64,000 nucleotides of DNA from an uncultured Verrucomicrobiae bacterium (lineage in GTDB: Bacteria; Verrucomicrobiota; Verrucomicrobiia; Limisphaerales; JAFGQR01). This document shows, piece after piece, positions 48,675-60,101 of the stretch; the first letter of the stretch is position 1, and every line of letters starts with the position of its first letter. The stretch spans positions 96,001-160,000 of the forward strand of contig CAWBHS010000057.1 in the NCBI GenBank assembly GCA_963788655.1. Direction: 5' to 3'. The translations under genes and the position numbers were made by a program. The notes under the pieces are model-generated. The model searched no databases and was not told the DNA's origin. It was given only the letters and a program-made list of their open reading frames with translations.

Positions 48675-50027
48675 TCACCCTTGCAACTGATCCCGATTCG
48701 CATAGACCTTGAGGATGGCGTCGGCGATGTCGTCCATGTCTTCCTTGGTGCCAAGCAAAGGCCCCGAAGCCCAAAGCATCACCATTTCCTGGCAAACCTG
48801 ATCGCAGCGCGGACACGCCAGTTCCTCGCGATAGCGTTTCAGCCGGGCGGGCGAATACATTTTCTGGTACACCTTCGAATTCAATACGTGGTCCACCCAC
48901 GGTTCCCGGTGCAGTCCGCGCGCAATGTAAGGGCTGAGGCTGACGCCTTCAGCGGCGAGCGCCTTGAGAAAAAGGCTGCGGTCCGCGCCGTTGAAGTGCT
49001 CCTTGCGATAGGTCATTGCGTAAAGATAAAACGAGCCGCTGGCCGTGCCCGGGTAGAGTTTCTGCGGCACCACGCCAGGGCAATCTTTGAGGCGAGCCGT
49101 CAGGTGAGCCGCGTTTTCATTGCGGCGCTGAAAGCGTTCCTGCACGCCGGGCATTTGACCCAGCAGAACGGCGGCTTCAAACTCGTTCATCCGGTATTTG
49201 GGCCCGATCACTTCGGTACGTCCGCGGCGCGAGGTGCCATGGTTGTGGACGGTGTAACATTGGTCCATCAACGCTTCGTCGTCCCCAACGATGCCGCCGC
49301 CTTCGCCGCAAGCAATGGTTTTGCTGGTTTGAAAACTGAAACAGCCCAAGTCGCCAATGGTGCCGAGTTTCTTGCCCTGATATTCGGCGAGGTGGGCCTG
49401 GCAGGTATCTTCGATCACTTTCAAATTGTGCTTCCGGGCCAGCGCCATGATGCGCTCCAAGTCGCACGGCTGGCCCATCATGTGGACGGGCATAATGGCG
49501 CGGGTGTTCTCCGTGATGCGACGTTCCACGTCGGCGGGATCAAGCTGATACGATTCGAGGTCCAGATCGGCCAGCACCGGCAACGCGCGGCTCGAAAGTA
49601 TCGAAGCCGTAGTTCCCGGATCGGTGTACGGTGACGTGATGACTTCATCGCCAGGACCAATGCCCAGGGCTTCGACACACGTGTGCAACGCCTGCGTTCC
49701 CGAACCGGTGAGCACGCAGAGTTTGGCGCCCACCAAACGGGCAAATTCCTTCTCAAACGTCGGCACCGTACCGGACTGGGATTGGATGCGGCACCAAATC
49801 CCGCTTTTGGTGGTTTTCACAATCGAGTCCACCACCTGTTCATCCCAATACGGCCAGGACGGCCAGCTCTTGTTTTTGCGGACGGGTTCACCGCCCCGCA
49901 GCGCCAGTTTGCCCGCCTTACGCACAACGTCCCCGTACGCCGGAAGGGTCCGGGAGGTGACCGCGGCAATCGAAGTGGCGGACGCGGTCGCGATGAATTG
50001 TCGCCGGGTGTAATTGGTCTTTTTCAT
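48675..50027 (-). CDS. DegT/DnrJ/EryC1/StrS PLP-dependent aminotransferase with Tat signal
   Basis: TRRQFI twin-arginine motif; SGTQAL, PVHMMG, IEDTCQAH, FSFQTSK (PLP Lys)...GEGG. Confidence 0.92.
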   Translation of the reverse strand: MKKTNYTRRQFIATASATSIAAVTSRTLPAYGDVVRKAGKLALRGGEPVRKNKSWPSWPYWDEQVVDSIVKTTKSGIWCRIQSQSGTVPTFEKEFARLVGAKLCVLTGSGTQALHTCVEALGIGPGDEVITSPYTDPGTTASILSSRALPVLADLDLESYQLDPADVERRITENTRAIMPVHMMGQPCDLERIMALARKHNLKVIEDTCQAHLAEYQGKKLGTIGDLGCFSFQTSKTIACGEGGGIVGDDEALMDQCYTVHNHGTSRRGRTEVIGPKYRMNEFEAAVLLGQMPGVQERFQRRNENAAHLTARLKDCPGVVPQKLYPGTASGSFYLYAMTYRKEHFNGADRSLFLKALAAEGVSLSPYIARGLHREPWVDHVLNSKVYQKMYSPARLKRYREELACPRCDQVCQEMVMLWASGPLLGTKEDMDDIADAILKVYANRDQLQG

Positions 50028-50039
50028 TTCCGGACCTTT

Positions 50040-51424
50040 CTATTGAGGGTTGGGGATGCTGATCAAGTCGGTCACCGTTTTGCCATTCCGCTTGATCCGT
50101 GAAAGCGTATAGACCGTGCTGTCCTTTCCCACGGCGATCGAGTTCACGTAGGCGGGCCGGTCGCCATTTTCAAAAAGAATGGGGCCGTGGTCGCGATAAG
50201 TGCGGGAGGGGATGTGGTAGGTGATCAGGTGAAGGTTCTCGACGCCTTTCGATTCGCCCATGGCGGTGGACTCCTTGCCCTTGACGCGTTGGCCGTCCAC
50301 ATAGACCGGTCCACCGGTAAGATAATAAATGGTCTGCCGGTCCGGCCCCAGCGTGAAGCCGAGATACCCGTAGCTGAATTGGTCGAACATGCCGCTGCGC
50401 TTGGAGGGCAAGGACGTGATGCGGTCCAGAACCTCGACCCGGTTCTGCGCCGGGAGCGTAACGGAACAAGTAACCCGAATTGCCGTGCACGGCGTAAACA
50501 GCCTTCTCCGGCGCATACCAAATCGTCTGCCGCCAGTTGTAGCCCATGTGACCGGGAGAGGTTGGATCATACAAACCGAAGTAATCCTTTTTCAAATCCT
50601 CGCCCTGGATGGTTTCAATCGCGTCCTTATCGGCACGATAACGCAGAATGGCGCCGTCGCCGGTGCTGAAGTAAGCCGAGCCATCGTCCGAATCGACCGC
50701 CAACGAACGGCAAAGAGTGCGGTAAGCTTGACCTTTGCCGTTTTCGCCGTCCCGGGAAAACTTGCCAAGGTTCTTCAAGTCCCGCCTGGCCAAGTCCAGC
50801 CGAAGGACGTATCCGCTGGGCCACGTGATCCCGAACAGGCGGCCGCGCCGGGTGTCCATGTTCATGGTGATAATGCCCTCGCCATGCGGCGCAATGCCTA
50901 GTTCCTCGGTACTGGTCCGTGGCCAAGTCGTAGCTGAGGAAATGGCCGCCGGGATAAGGCCGATAACCGGGGGGCGGGATGCCAATCTTCTCCATGCCGT
51001 CGATGATGCTGTAATAGCCAACGTGCGTCGCGAAATAGAGCTTGCCGCCGGACTCGACGAAGTTGACATGTGATTTACCCTGCGGAATGGCTTTCAGTCC
51101 CGCCTCCCCGCAGGCCTCGGTGAGATCGCCCAAGTAGCGAACAGCATTATCGCGCGGATCGTAGGCATACATTTTGGCGCCCCCATCGATGGACTCCGAG
51201 GACAGGACGTAATAGATACGGCCACCGCTGGCCGCGAGCATGCCGTTGTACGTATCGTGCGCCAGTGCGAAACCCGAGTTGTGCGTTTGGGCGATCAGTT
51301 TGCCAGCGCGCGCAGATCGGGCCGTGGAAGCAATCTCAACCTGGGCAGCACGCAGCAGATCAGTGGGTTGAACGAAGGCCAGCCCGAAGGCCGCGAACCA
51401 TAGGGGGAACAACGATGTTTTCAT
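50040..51424 (-). CDS. Secreted beta-propeller-like hypothetical protein; frameshifts near 50908 and 50452
   Basis: Signal peptide; blade-like repeats (GKLYFATH, GRLFGITWPSG, GSAYFSTG, TIYYLTGG) continuing across three frames. Confidence 0.7.
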
Positions 51425-51460
51425 CTCTGATTACTTGAATGGTTGAAGTGACCGCATACC

Positions 51461-52798
51461 CTACTTGTGCGCGTCAAGCACTTTGGAGGACATCAGCGTA
51501 GCGTGCAGGATATGCCCGTGCAGCTTGCAGCGCCCAATCACCGTAACACTGTCGCCGCCTTTGGTGCCTGGAAACGAAATGTCGTAGCTGCTTTTGGTGG
51601 GATCGAAGTTGGCCCAGCTTTTGACCTTCAACAGCGCATTGGTTTTGTCGCTCGGACACACCAGGGCACTGGGCTCTTTAAGTTGCTCCTTTAAGCAGAA
51701 AATGTTCGTCGGCAAAGCGCCGCCGTGATCAAAGGCCCACAACTGCACCGCCAGGCCAAAGAACTCCAAACGGCTGCGACACGCGACTGATTCCGCCGCT
51801 CGCTGCTCCGGGCTTTCTGCCGGCGGCGATTGGGAGACTGGGCTGGGCTTGGTTGATCGGTGCCACAGACTCATGCCGATGAACAGCAACGCCAACAGTC
51901 CCGCGAACACGGGAAGACGCCAGAGTTTCCAAACGCGGGAACGCGACTTCATCCAGGCCACGCCCATCCGGGTGGGATGATACAGCACGGCAACCGTATC
52001 GCCAGCAGCCGCGTTGGGCGACAATTCATTGGGTGTCGGTTTCAATGTGCCCACGCTGCCGTCAGCCCGACGATAGGTCACCACCGGCTGGCTCTCGTCT
52101 CCTACGGCGGCTGGTTGATTTTCAATCACGCCTTCCGCCGTCCGGTACCGCAATAAAAAAGCCAGCCACACCACTACCAGCACCAAGGCAAAACCGCCGA
52201 AGCCAAACAGCAGCCAACGAATCCCGCGGTGCAATAGGGCCATGGCGAACTGCTGTCCCCGACTGGTTTGCAGCTTCGCTGCAACCTTGTGAAATTTGTC
52301 AGCCACCTTCTGAAAGAAACCTTGATCGCCGCCCGGAGCCGGTTTGGCAGTGGCTGGCCGAGCCGCTTTGTTCGGCTTATCCGGCTTCGAAGCTACGGCG
52401 CCTTTGGGGGCGTTTTGCACTGGCGCCGGAGACTTGGAAAACGCTGGACGTTGACCAGGGTTATCTGGTTTCTGTCGGCGCGGACGCGCCAGTTCTGCCA
52501 GACTCGGAATATGGTTGGTGATTTCGTTCGAGTAATCGGATTCCAATCCCGCCGCGTTCGTCGAGGTAATGGCGAAATACCATGTCACCCCTTCTTTTAA
52601 TCCGTACACCGTGGCGGTGGTGACGTTGCCCACGTTGGTGTGATACGGATAATCCCGGCTGGCGTTACCGTAATAAATGATGTAAGCGCGCACATCCGGC
52701 TCGGGATTGGGGTCCCACGCAATCGTCACGCTCTGGTCGGCCCGCACAATACCGGCCAGCGCCAGCAACATGGTTATCAGCACCCTCGGGCGGTTCAT
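51461..52798 (-). CDS. Mosaic membrane protein: signal peptide + FN3 + linker + DUF3592-like TM domain + pilin-like C-terminal domain
   Basis: SVTIAWDPNPEPDV.AY..YYG...YFAIT..N..G.ESDYSNE (FN3); TM-AEGVI...P.V.Y...GDTVAVLYHP-TM; C..RL...GLA...WA.DH...LP...L.CPSD. Confidence 0.65.
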   Translation of the reverse strand: MNRPRVLITMLLALAGIVRADQSVTIAWDPNPEPDVRAYIIYYGNASRDYPYHTNVGNVTTATVYGLKEGVTWYFAITSTNAAGLESDYSNEITNHIPSLAELARPRRQKPDNPGQRPAFSKSPAPVQNAPKGAVASKPDKPNKAARPATAKPAPGGDQGFFQKVADKFHKVAAKLQTSRGQQFAMALLHRGIRWLLFGFGGFALVLVVVWLAFLLRYRTAEGVIENQPAAVGDESQPVVTYRRADGSVGTLKPTPNELSPNAAAGDTVAVLYHPTRMGVAWMKSRSRVWKLWRLPVFAGLLALLFIGMSLWHRSTKPSPVSQSPPAESPEQRAAESVACRSRLEFFGLAVQLWAFDHGGALPTNIFCLKEQLKEPSALVCPSDKTNALLKVKSWANFDPTKSSYDISFPGTKGGDSVTVIGRCKLHGHILHATLMSSKVLDAHK

Positions 52799-52982
52799 GC
52801 CGCCAAAGCTAATTCATCCGGCCCAATTGGCAATCCCAAACGCCCCACCCGGCGGCGCCGCAAGGCAGTTGCATTCGCCGGTAAAATTCCTGTAATTCCC
52901 GCCGCATTTTCCTTCTGTAACCAATAGATGCGAAAAGAATTGAAACGACGCGATGAAATGAAAACTGCGAACGGAGCAAGTT

Positions 52983-53192
52983 ATGAAAGCGATTATCGAC
53001 ACGCAGCACAATTATTCGGAGGGCCTGAACCTTGGCGCCAGTTCCGCGCGGGCCGTTACCATGGACCGGCTTATCGCCTCGCTGGCCAGTTCCAAGTCCG
53101 GCCGCGTCATCCTGCACGCGGTCTGTCTCTTTCGGCATCCCAGCCACGCGCAATGGCACTGGCGGGGTATGGTGCGGGAGCTTGCGGGTTAA
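52983..53192 (+). CDS. Small hypothetical protein
   Basis: 69-aa ORF with GGAG Shine-Dalgarno-like sequence upstream, followed by hairpins at 53221-53240 and 53243-53292. Confidence 0.45.
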   Translation: MKAIIDTQHNYSEGLNLGASSARAVTMDRLIASLASSKSGRVILHAVCLFRHPSHAQWHWRGMVRELAG

Positions 53193-53334
53193 CGGCCGCT
53201 TGGAAATGTTTTTAGAATTTGCCCGCTCGAGTGGGCGGGCTGGCGGGTTTTGGTGATGAACAAAAAATTTCTGTGTGTGCGCCAAAACCCGCTTTACCTT
53301 TTTGACGGGTTCTTGAATTGGATTAAATATCAGT

Positions 53335-56122
53335 ATGCGCAAATCCCCAGAGCGCTCCCGCGTATGGAAGCAAGCCCGCCGCACCCTTGGTCTGGGCTTC
53401 CTGCTGGCGCTAACGTTGTGGCTTGCCGAATCGAGGTCCGGTCCGCGTCCTTCCGCCGCCCCTGAAGCGCCGGTTCAAAACGGCATCCAAGCCACCGCTC
53501 ACAATGGTCCAGCGCCCGGACCATCCATGCGGGCCAATGCTTCCGCGCAAGCAATCCTCCACTCCGCCGCTGCTGCGCTGCCAGCCAAGGCGTCAGCTTC
53601 AGCTTCGTTCCCAGTCGCTGGCTCCGCCAACCAGGCATTTCCAACCAATGTCATTGTGCAATTCAACGGCCAGCGTTACGGCTTCACGGCGGACGCCGAT
53701 CATCAACTGGCGGCGTTTCAAACCGGCTTGGGCGCGGGAAACAGTTCCGTGGTCCTGCTGGGATTGCTGGCCGCGCCAGCACCAACGTTGAGGACGGCGT
53801 TCGCAGCACAAGGCGTGGACCTGCTGGCGTACGTTCCAGACAACGGTTGGATCGCCCGTATCCACGGCGCGGAGCAAGGGGGCAGGTTCGAACACGTGTC
53901 GTTCTTCCGGAAGCTGGATGCCGAGATGCGGATTCACACCAGCCTGCGCATCTTCCCACCACCGGGCGCCGAAGTGCCGGTGTATGTTCACCTGGTGCCA
54001 GACCGGCCGGGATTTGGTCTGATCTCCAGACTGGCGGCGGCCGGTTTTGACCAACTCACCGTCCAGTCCATCGGACCGAGTTCGTACCTGGCGGGCAAAG
54101 TCGGCGGCGCAAAACTCGCCGAGTTCCTGGCTCTGACCGCGGTGCAACCGGACGTGCAACTGATCGAACGCGGCAGCCAGGCGCGGCTATTGAACGACAA
54201 TGCCATGCGCACCACGCAGTCCGGATATTTCCTGGGCGGAACGCCCTATTTCGACCACGGCATTTACGGGTCCAACCAAGTCATTGCTATTTGCGATACC
54301 GGACTGGACGTGGATTCGTGCTTTTTCCGCGACGACACTGGAGTGCTCCCCCCCACCAACCGGATCGACGGCACCAACATCGACCTGGGTTTACGCAAAG
54401 TGATTGCGGCCGATTTCCTTTACGAAGGCGATGATCCTGCCAATCCGTTGGACTGGGACAACCATGGCCACGGAACGTCGGTGGCCGGTTGCGCTGCCGG
54501 CTCAGAGATCTATGCGCCCTTCGACACGTTTTCCAACAACGGCATGGCGCCCGGCGCAAAACTCATCATGCAGGACGCCGGATATGCGGGCACGGACGCG
54601 TGCGCGGACTTGGTCGAGCTGGGTTGCCCGGTGACCAATTTTTATCCGATCCTGCTCCAAGCCGTGGCCCAGGGCGCGGTCATTCACAATGACAGTTGGG
54701 GCGATCAGGAGGATGCCGTGCAGCAAAACATTTACACCGAGGCCTGCCGGGAACTGGACCTGGTGAGCTGGTCGAACAGACAATTCCTGGTAGTTTGCGC
54801 CGCGGGGAACAATGCACTGAGCAACACTGTCGGCAGCCCGTCGGTGGCCAAAAACAGTCTCAGCGTGGCAGCCACGATGTCGGGTTCGAGCCAGGAAAAG
54901 ATCGCCAGTTACTCGAGCCGGGGCTGGGCCAGCGACGGACGGTTTAAACCGGACCTCGCCGTTCCCGGTCACAATCTAAGTACGGCGGGCAGTGATGGCG
55001 ACATCACTACGGATAATTGCTACCTCACGGGCCGTTCCGGAACCAGTTTCGCTTCGCCGATTGTGGCCGGATTGGCAGCGCTCGTCCGCGACTACTTTGC
55101 GCAGGGCTTCTACCCAACCGGCACCGCGGAAGCGACGAACTGCCAACCGGACGTGAGCGCGGCCCTGGTCAAAGCCGTGCTCATTAATTCCGCCGTCGCC
55201 ATGTCCAACGCAATGGCCGCTCCGCCGGCGCGCGACCAGGGGTGGGGCCGGGTGGATCTTTCGCAGACTTTGCGCCTGGACAATGGTGCCCGTTCCCTGT
55301 TCGCCGTGGATCACCCGGTTGTGTTCGAGGAAACTCCGGCGTTTCCATACCTGACTTATTTGAAACTGAACTCGACGAATGAACCAGTCAAAGTCACGCT
55401 GGTATGGACCGATTACCCGGCCACTCCCGGCGCCGAACAGCATTTGGTGAATGACCTCGATTTGCGGGTGCGCACGCACGATTTCTCCCTCAAAGGCAAT
55501 GTCTTCACCAATGGACAATCCCTCGCCGGTGGTGACTATGATCGGCTCAACAACGTGGAACAGGTGCTCTGGGTGCCGGCCACGAACGGGATCGTGGAGA
55601 TTTCGGTGTGGGCGCATTTGATTGCGACCGGATCGCAGGATTTCGCGCTGGTGGCGACCGGCGATTTTGAGGTAATCCCGCCGACGCAGGACGAAGACAG
55701 CGACGGCCTGTCGGACGGTTGGGAACTGTGGCATTTCGGCAACCTCGAGCAAACGGCTAACGGCGATCCTGACCTCGACCACGTTCCCAACGCGGCCGAA
55801 GAAGCGGCCAACACCCAGCCGGACGACTTCAACTCGAAAGCCAGCCCTAACTTGGGTGTCCGTGACCAACGCTGTGGTGACGTTGCAAATGAACGTCAGC
55901 GAAGGCCGGCGTTATACATTGGAATACTTGGACGGTGCTGAGCCGGGTGCGTCGGGCTCCGAATTGGCGGGTGCGTTTCCCATTGGAGCATGGTCGGTAG
56001 CGGCGGACAGATTCCTCGTCGGCGAACCGCTTGGAGAAACAACCCATTTCTTCACCAACGTCCTGCCCACGGACGCCACCGCTCCCAAGTCGCGCTTTTA
56101 CCGCGTGCGCATCGACCGTTAA
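53335..56122 (+). CDS. S8 family subtilisin-like serine peptidase (KP-43-like), secreted; frameshift near 55846
   Basis: Catalytic triad DTGLD, HGTSVAG, SGTSFASP; QGWGRVDL; LVWTD/NDLDL/NNVEQ beta-domain; DSDGLSDGWE repeat; C-terminal RFYRV in ORF 55856-56122. Confidence 0.92.
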
Positions 56123-56410
56123 ACCGGAGCGACAACATTCCTTTCGGCTCGAATCGCAGCCCGGCAGGATAGCCTTCCCGGCTGTCTCAAATACCGGAAA
56201 CCATCCAAAGACGATGGAACGGTTCGAACGCTTTTCGTCACCCCCGCGCTAGCAGGAGAGAACGTGAGGAGGCGCACTGTTCTGCCAACCAGCAAACCAA
56301 TGTCTCCTCACGAGTCTCCTGCATTTTAGGGGGCGATGCAAAACGTATTGAACCGCTTGACGCTTCCCAACGGTCGCGGCTCGGTTCCAAGCTCATTTCC
56401 CGCCAGGCGG

Positions 56411-59400
56411 CTATGAACACCCCAAGCTTTCGCCGCAGTTCAGGCATTTGTAACAGGCGCCGTTGCGGACCGCCACGTGGCCACAGGTCGGACAACTGGG
56501 GGCGTCTTGTTGGTAGTGGGCAATGGCGTCGTTGAGGGTCTTGATCGCCCGTCCATGGGTGGTCCCATCTTTACGGGCGCCATTGCCCGAAGCTTCGATC
56601 TCCTTCAAGGTGATCACGTCGGTATCATCCGAGATCGGCAATTCCGGCACCGGCCGGTTCACCTTTTTCTTCAGTTCTTCCTGCAGGCCGGGCATCGGCA
56701 GCTCCGGCTGCTTGCGGTTGCGTGCGTGCGCCTCCCGGTAGCCGGGCACGAATTGGATCGCCATCCAGCGGAACACGTAGTCGGTGATCGAGGACGCGTT
56801 GCGGAATGTCACGGTTCTTCGTGAAGCCGCTGGGCTCGAAACGTTGGTGGGCGAACTTCTTGACCAGCGCTTCCAGCGGCACGCCGTATTGCAGGGCCAG
56901 GCTCGTCAGGGTGCCGACGCTGTCCATCAATCCGCCAATGGTGGAACCTTCCTTGGCCATGGTGATGAACAGTTCGCCCGGCTGGCCGTCCTCGAACAGG
57001 CCGACCGTGAGGTAGCCTTCGTGACCGGCGATGTCGAATTTGTGCGTGACCGCCGTGCGCGTTTCCGGCAACCGCCGGCGCAGCGGCTTGCCAGGCTTGC
57101 TCGCGCAGTTGCGCCATCTCCTGCCTCGAGTTCCTTGATGCGTTTCGAGCAAGCGGTTGACATCGTTGGCCGGAATTCGCTCGCCGCCTTCGCTGGTTCT
57201 TTTGGTGTTGAGCGGCTGGCGAGCGTTTCGAGCCGTCGCGGTAAATGGCCACGCATTTGAGGCCCATCTTCCAGGCCTGAACGATAGGCATCGCGAATGT
57301 CCGCGACGGTGCATTCGTTGGGCATGTTGACGGTCTTGGAAATCGCGCCGCTGATGAACGGCTGCGCCGCGCCCATCATTTTGAGATGCGCCAGGTAATG
57401 AATGCTGCGCTGGCCGCGATACGGCTTGAAGGCGCAATCGAACACCGCCAAGTGTTCCGGCTTGAGGCCGCTGCGCACCGTCGGTGCCGTCTTCCTGCGT
57501 CACGTCTTCAATCGTGTCGTATTTCTCGATGTGCGCGATGATGCCTTTGATGATGTCGTCGCTCGTAGCCCAGCCGGTGCAAGGCATCCGGAACGGTCGC
57601 GGTTGACGATCTTCAACATGCCGCCGCCGGCCAGCAGTTTGTATTTCACCAGCGCGATGTCCGGTTCCACGCCGGTGGTGTCGCAATCCATCAGGAAGGC
57701 GATGGTGCCGGTCGGGGCGAGCACGGTGACCTGCGCGTTGCGGTAGCCATGCTTGCGGCCTTGCGTCCAGTGCGCGGTCCCAGCAGTGGCGGGCTTCTTC
57801 TTTCAGGTAATCGAATTCCTCGCTGGGCTGAATTGCTTCGACGGCGTCGCGGTGCTGTTGGATGACGCCGAGCATGGACTCGACGTTGTTCTTCTTGAGC
57901 GGCTTGCGACACGTGCGCGCAACGGGCGTCGCTGGTAGCCGGGGAACGCGCCCGATCGTGCGCGGCGATCTCCGCGGATTGCTCGTAGGCGTGACCGGTC
58001 ATGATCGCGGTGATGGCGCCGGCCAAGCGCGCGGCCTTCGTCCGAATCGTAGGCCAAACCGTAGCTCATGATGAGCGAGCCGAGGTTGGCGTAACCGAGA
58101 CCCAGCGTGCGGAAAATGTGCGAGTTCTCGGCGATTTGCTTGCGTCGGATAGCTGGCGTTGTCCACAAGGATTTCCTGCGCCGTGATGAAGATGCGCACG
58201 GCGGCCTTGAAGCGTTCGACGTCGAACACGCCGTCCGGCCGCTTGAACTTCATCAGGTTCAGCGAGGCCAGGTTGCACGCGGTGTTGTTGAGGAAGACGT
58301 ATTCGGAGCAGGGATTGGTGGAATGGATCGGCTCGGTGCCTTTGCAGGTGTGCCACTTCTGGATGGCGCCGTCGTATTGCAGTCCCGGGATCGCCGCAAA
58401 CCCAGGTGCCCTCGGCGATCTTGTCCAGCAGCTTGCTGGCGTCCTTCTTCTCCAGCGGCTTGCCGGTGGTGATGGAGCGGGTCCACCATTCCTTGCCGAT
58501 CCACGCCGCCTGCATGAACTCGTCGCTGACGCGGACGGAAAGATTTTCGTTCTGATACATGACGCTGCCGTAGGCGTCGCCGTTGTAAGGAGCCGTCGTA
58601 ACCCTGCTCGATCAAGCGCCCAGGCTTTCTTTTCTTCCTTTTGTTTCGCGTCAATGAATTCCTCGATGTCGCCGTGCCAGTCGCGCAGGGTGTTCATCTT
58701 CGCCGCGCGCCGGGTTTTGCCGCCGGACTTTTCACGACGTTGGCCACCTGGTCATAAACCTTGAGGAAGGACAGTCGGTCCGCTCGGCCGGCCGCCGCCG
58801 CTGAGCTTCTCTTTGCTGGACCGGATCGGGGAGAGGTCCGTGCCGGTGCCGGAGCCGATACTTGAAGAGCATCGCCTCGCTGTAGGCCAGGTGCATGATG
58901 CTTTCCATGTTGTCGTCCACGGACTGGATGAAGCACGCGCTGCCCTGCGGATACTTCGTATTGGGTGGCGGCGCGCTCGGCCTGTCCGGTCTTGCGGGTT
59001 GTAATGCCAGTTGCCGCGTGCCGGAGTTCTTGCCGACGCCGTACTGGTGATAGAGGCCGACATTGAACCAGACCGGCGAATTGAACGCGCCGTATTGGTT
59101 GACGCACAGCCAGGTCAGTTCCTCGTAGAACACTTCGCCGTCTGCCTTGCTGAAGTAGCCGTCCTTGCACGCCCCAATCGGCAATGGTCCGCGTAACCCG
59201 ATGGATGAGCTGCCGCACCGAGGTTTCGCGCTCGGGGGTGTTCTGTTCGCCGTAGAAATATTTGGACACCACCACCTTGGTCGCCAGCTGGGACCAGGAC
59301 TTGGGCACCTCGACGTTGTCCTGCTTGAAAATGACCTTGCCGCCGTCATCGGTGATTTCGGCCGTGCGCTTTTCCCATTGAATCTGGTCAAAGGGGTGAG

Positions 59401-59548
59401 TTTTTGGGTTGCTAAAGACCCGTGCAAACCGCAGCGCCTTCCGGGATCGCCCTTTGCGGGGCGAATTCAGGGAAGTCGCTCGTGCCGCCGATCGCATTTG
59501 GGATTTCGATCGTGTCATCATCAATGATCCATCGCGTACGTCAATCAT
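56411..59548 (-). CDS. nrdJ: Vitamin B12-dependent (class II) ribonucleotide reductase; many frameshifts
   Basis: [65 protein letters not shown]-like C-terminal region and CPTC/CLNC zinc ribbon, scattered over alternating frames. Confidence 0.93.
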
Positions 59549-59689
59549 GGCTTCAAATCCTAATTATAAGTTCCAACTATCCAATTTCAGTCCTGAAGAC
59601 AAAAAGACCCGCCCATCGTTGTTGCTGCTTTTATCGGTCTATTGCCTACGCCCCCCGGCAGTACCCAACCGACGCCTTTTTGCCATCTA

Positions 59690-59737
59690 CCCCATCATTT
59701 TGGGGGCAAGGGCGACACTATCCACAACATATAGCGT
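59690..59737. promoter_or_regulatory. Tandem NrdR boxes upstream of nrdJ
   Basis: CCACAACATATAGCGT (59722-59737) matches acaCwAtATaTwGtgt at 13/16; weaker CCCCATCATTTTGGGG is 32 bp away (59690-59705). Confidence 0.7.
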
Positions 59738-60101
59738 CATCAAGGGAAAAATCGAGAAAAGTTGCTCAATAGTTGTACCCCGTTGATTTCGCGATTGTTC
59801 CGGTGGAAAAAGAGGTTTTCCTGCCAGTTATTCGCACGTGTGAATAACCGCCAATGGGCATAACCTTCAAGATCGCAGTTGGCCGTTGCCCGCTCTGGCA
59901 GAGGCAGGGTGGGCACTGCTGCGCCGCGCCAACCATGCACTTCGGAAAGGAGGACTGTCTTCGCGGAGCGCGCGGCTTGGAGGCCTTCATTATTCACAAT
60001 CAAGCTGCACAATGAGACCAGCCAACAGCTCAACCGGATCAGAGATCGGTTCATTTTCGGCTCGCAGCGTGGCGGACGATATTGTATGCCCTCGCTCCAA
60101 C

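Noticed and set aside
59550..60100. Cobalamin riboswitch upstream of nrdJ, or oriC
   Set aside because: No recognisable B12-box core on the minus strand. Only about four DnaA-like boxes, no clear DUE and no dnaA/dnaN nearby.
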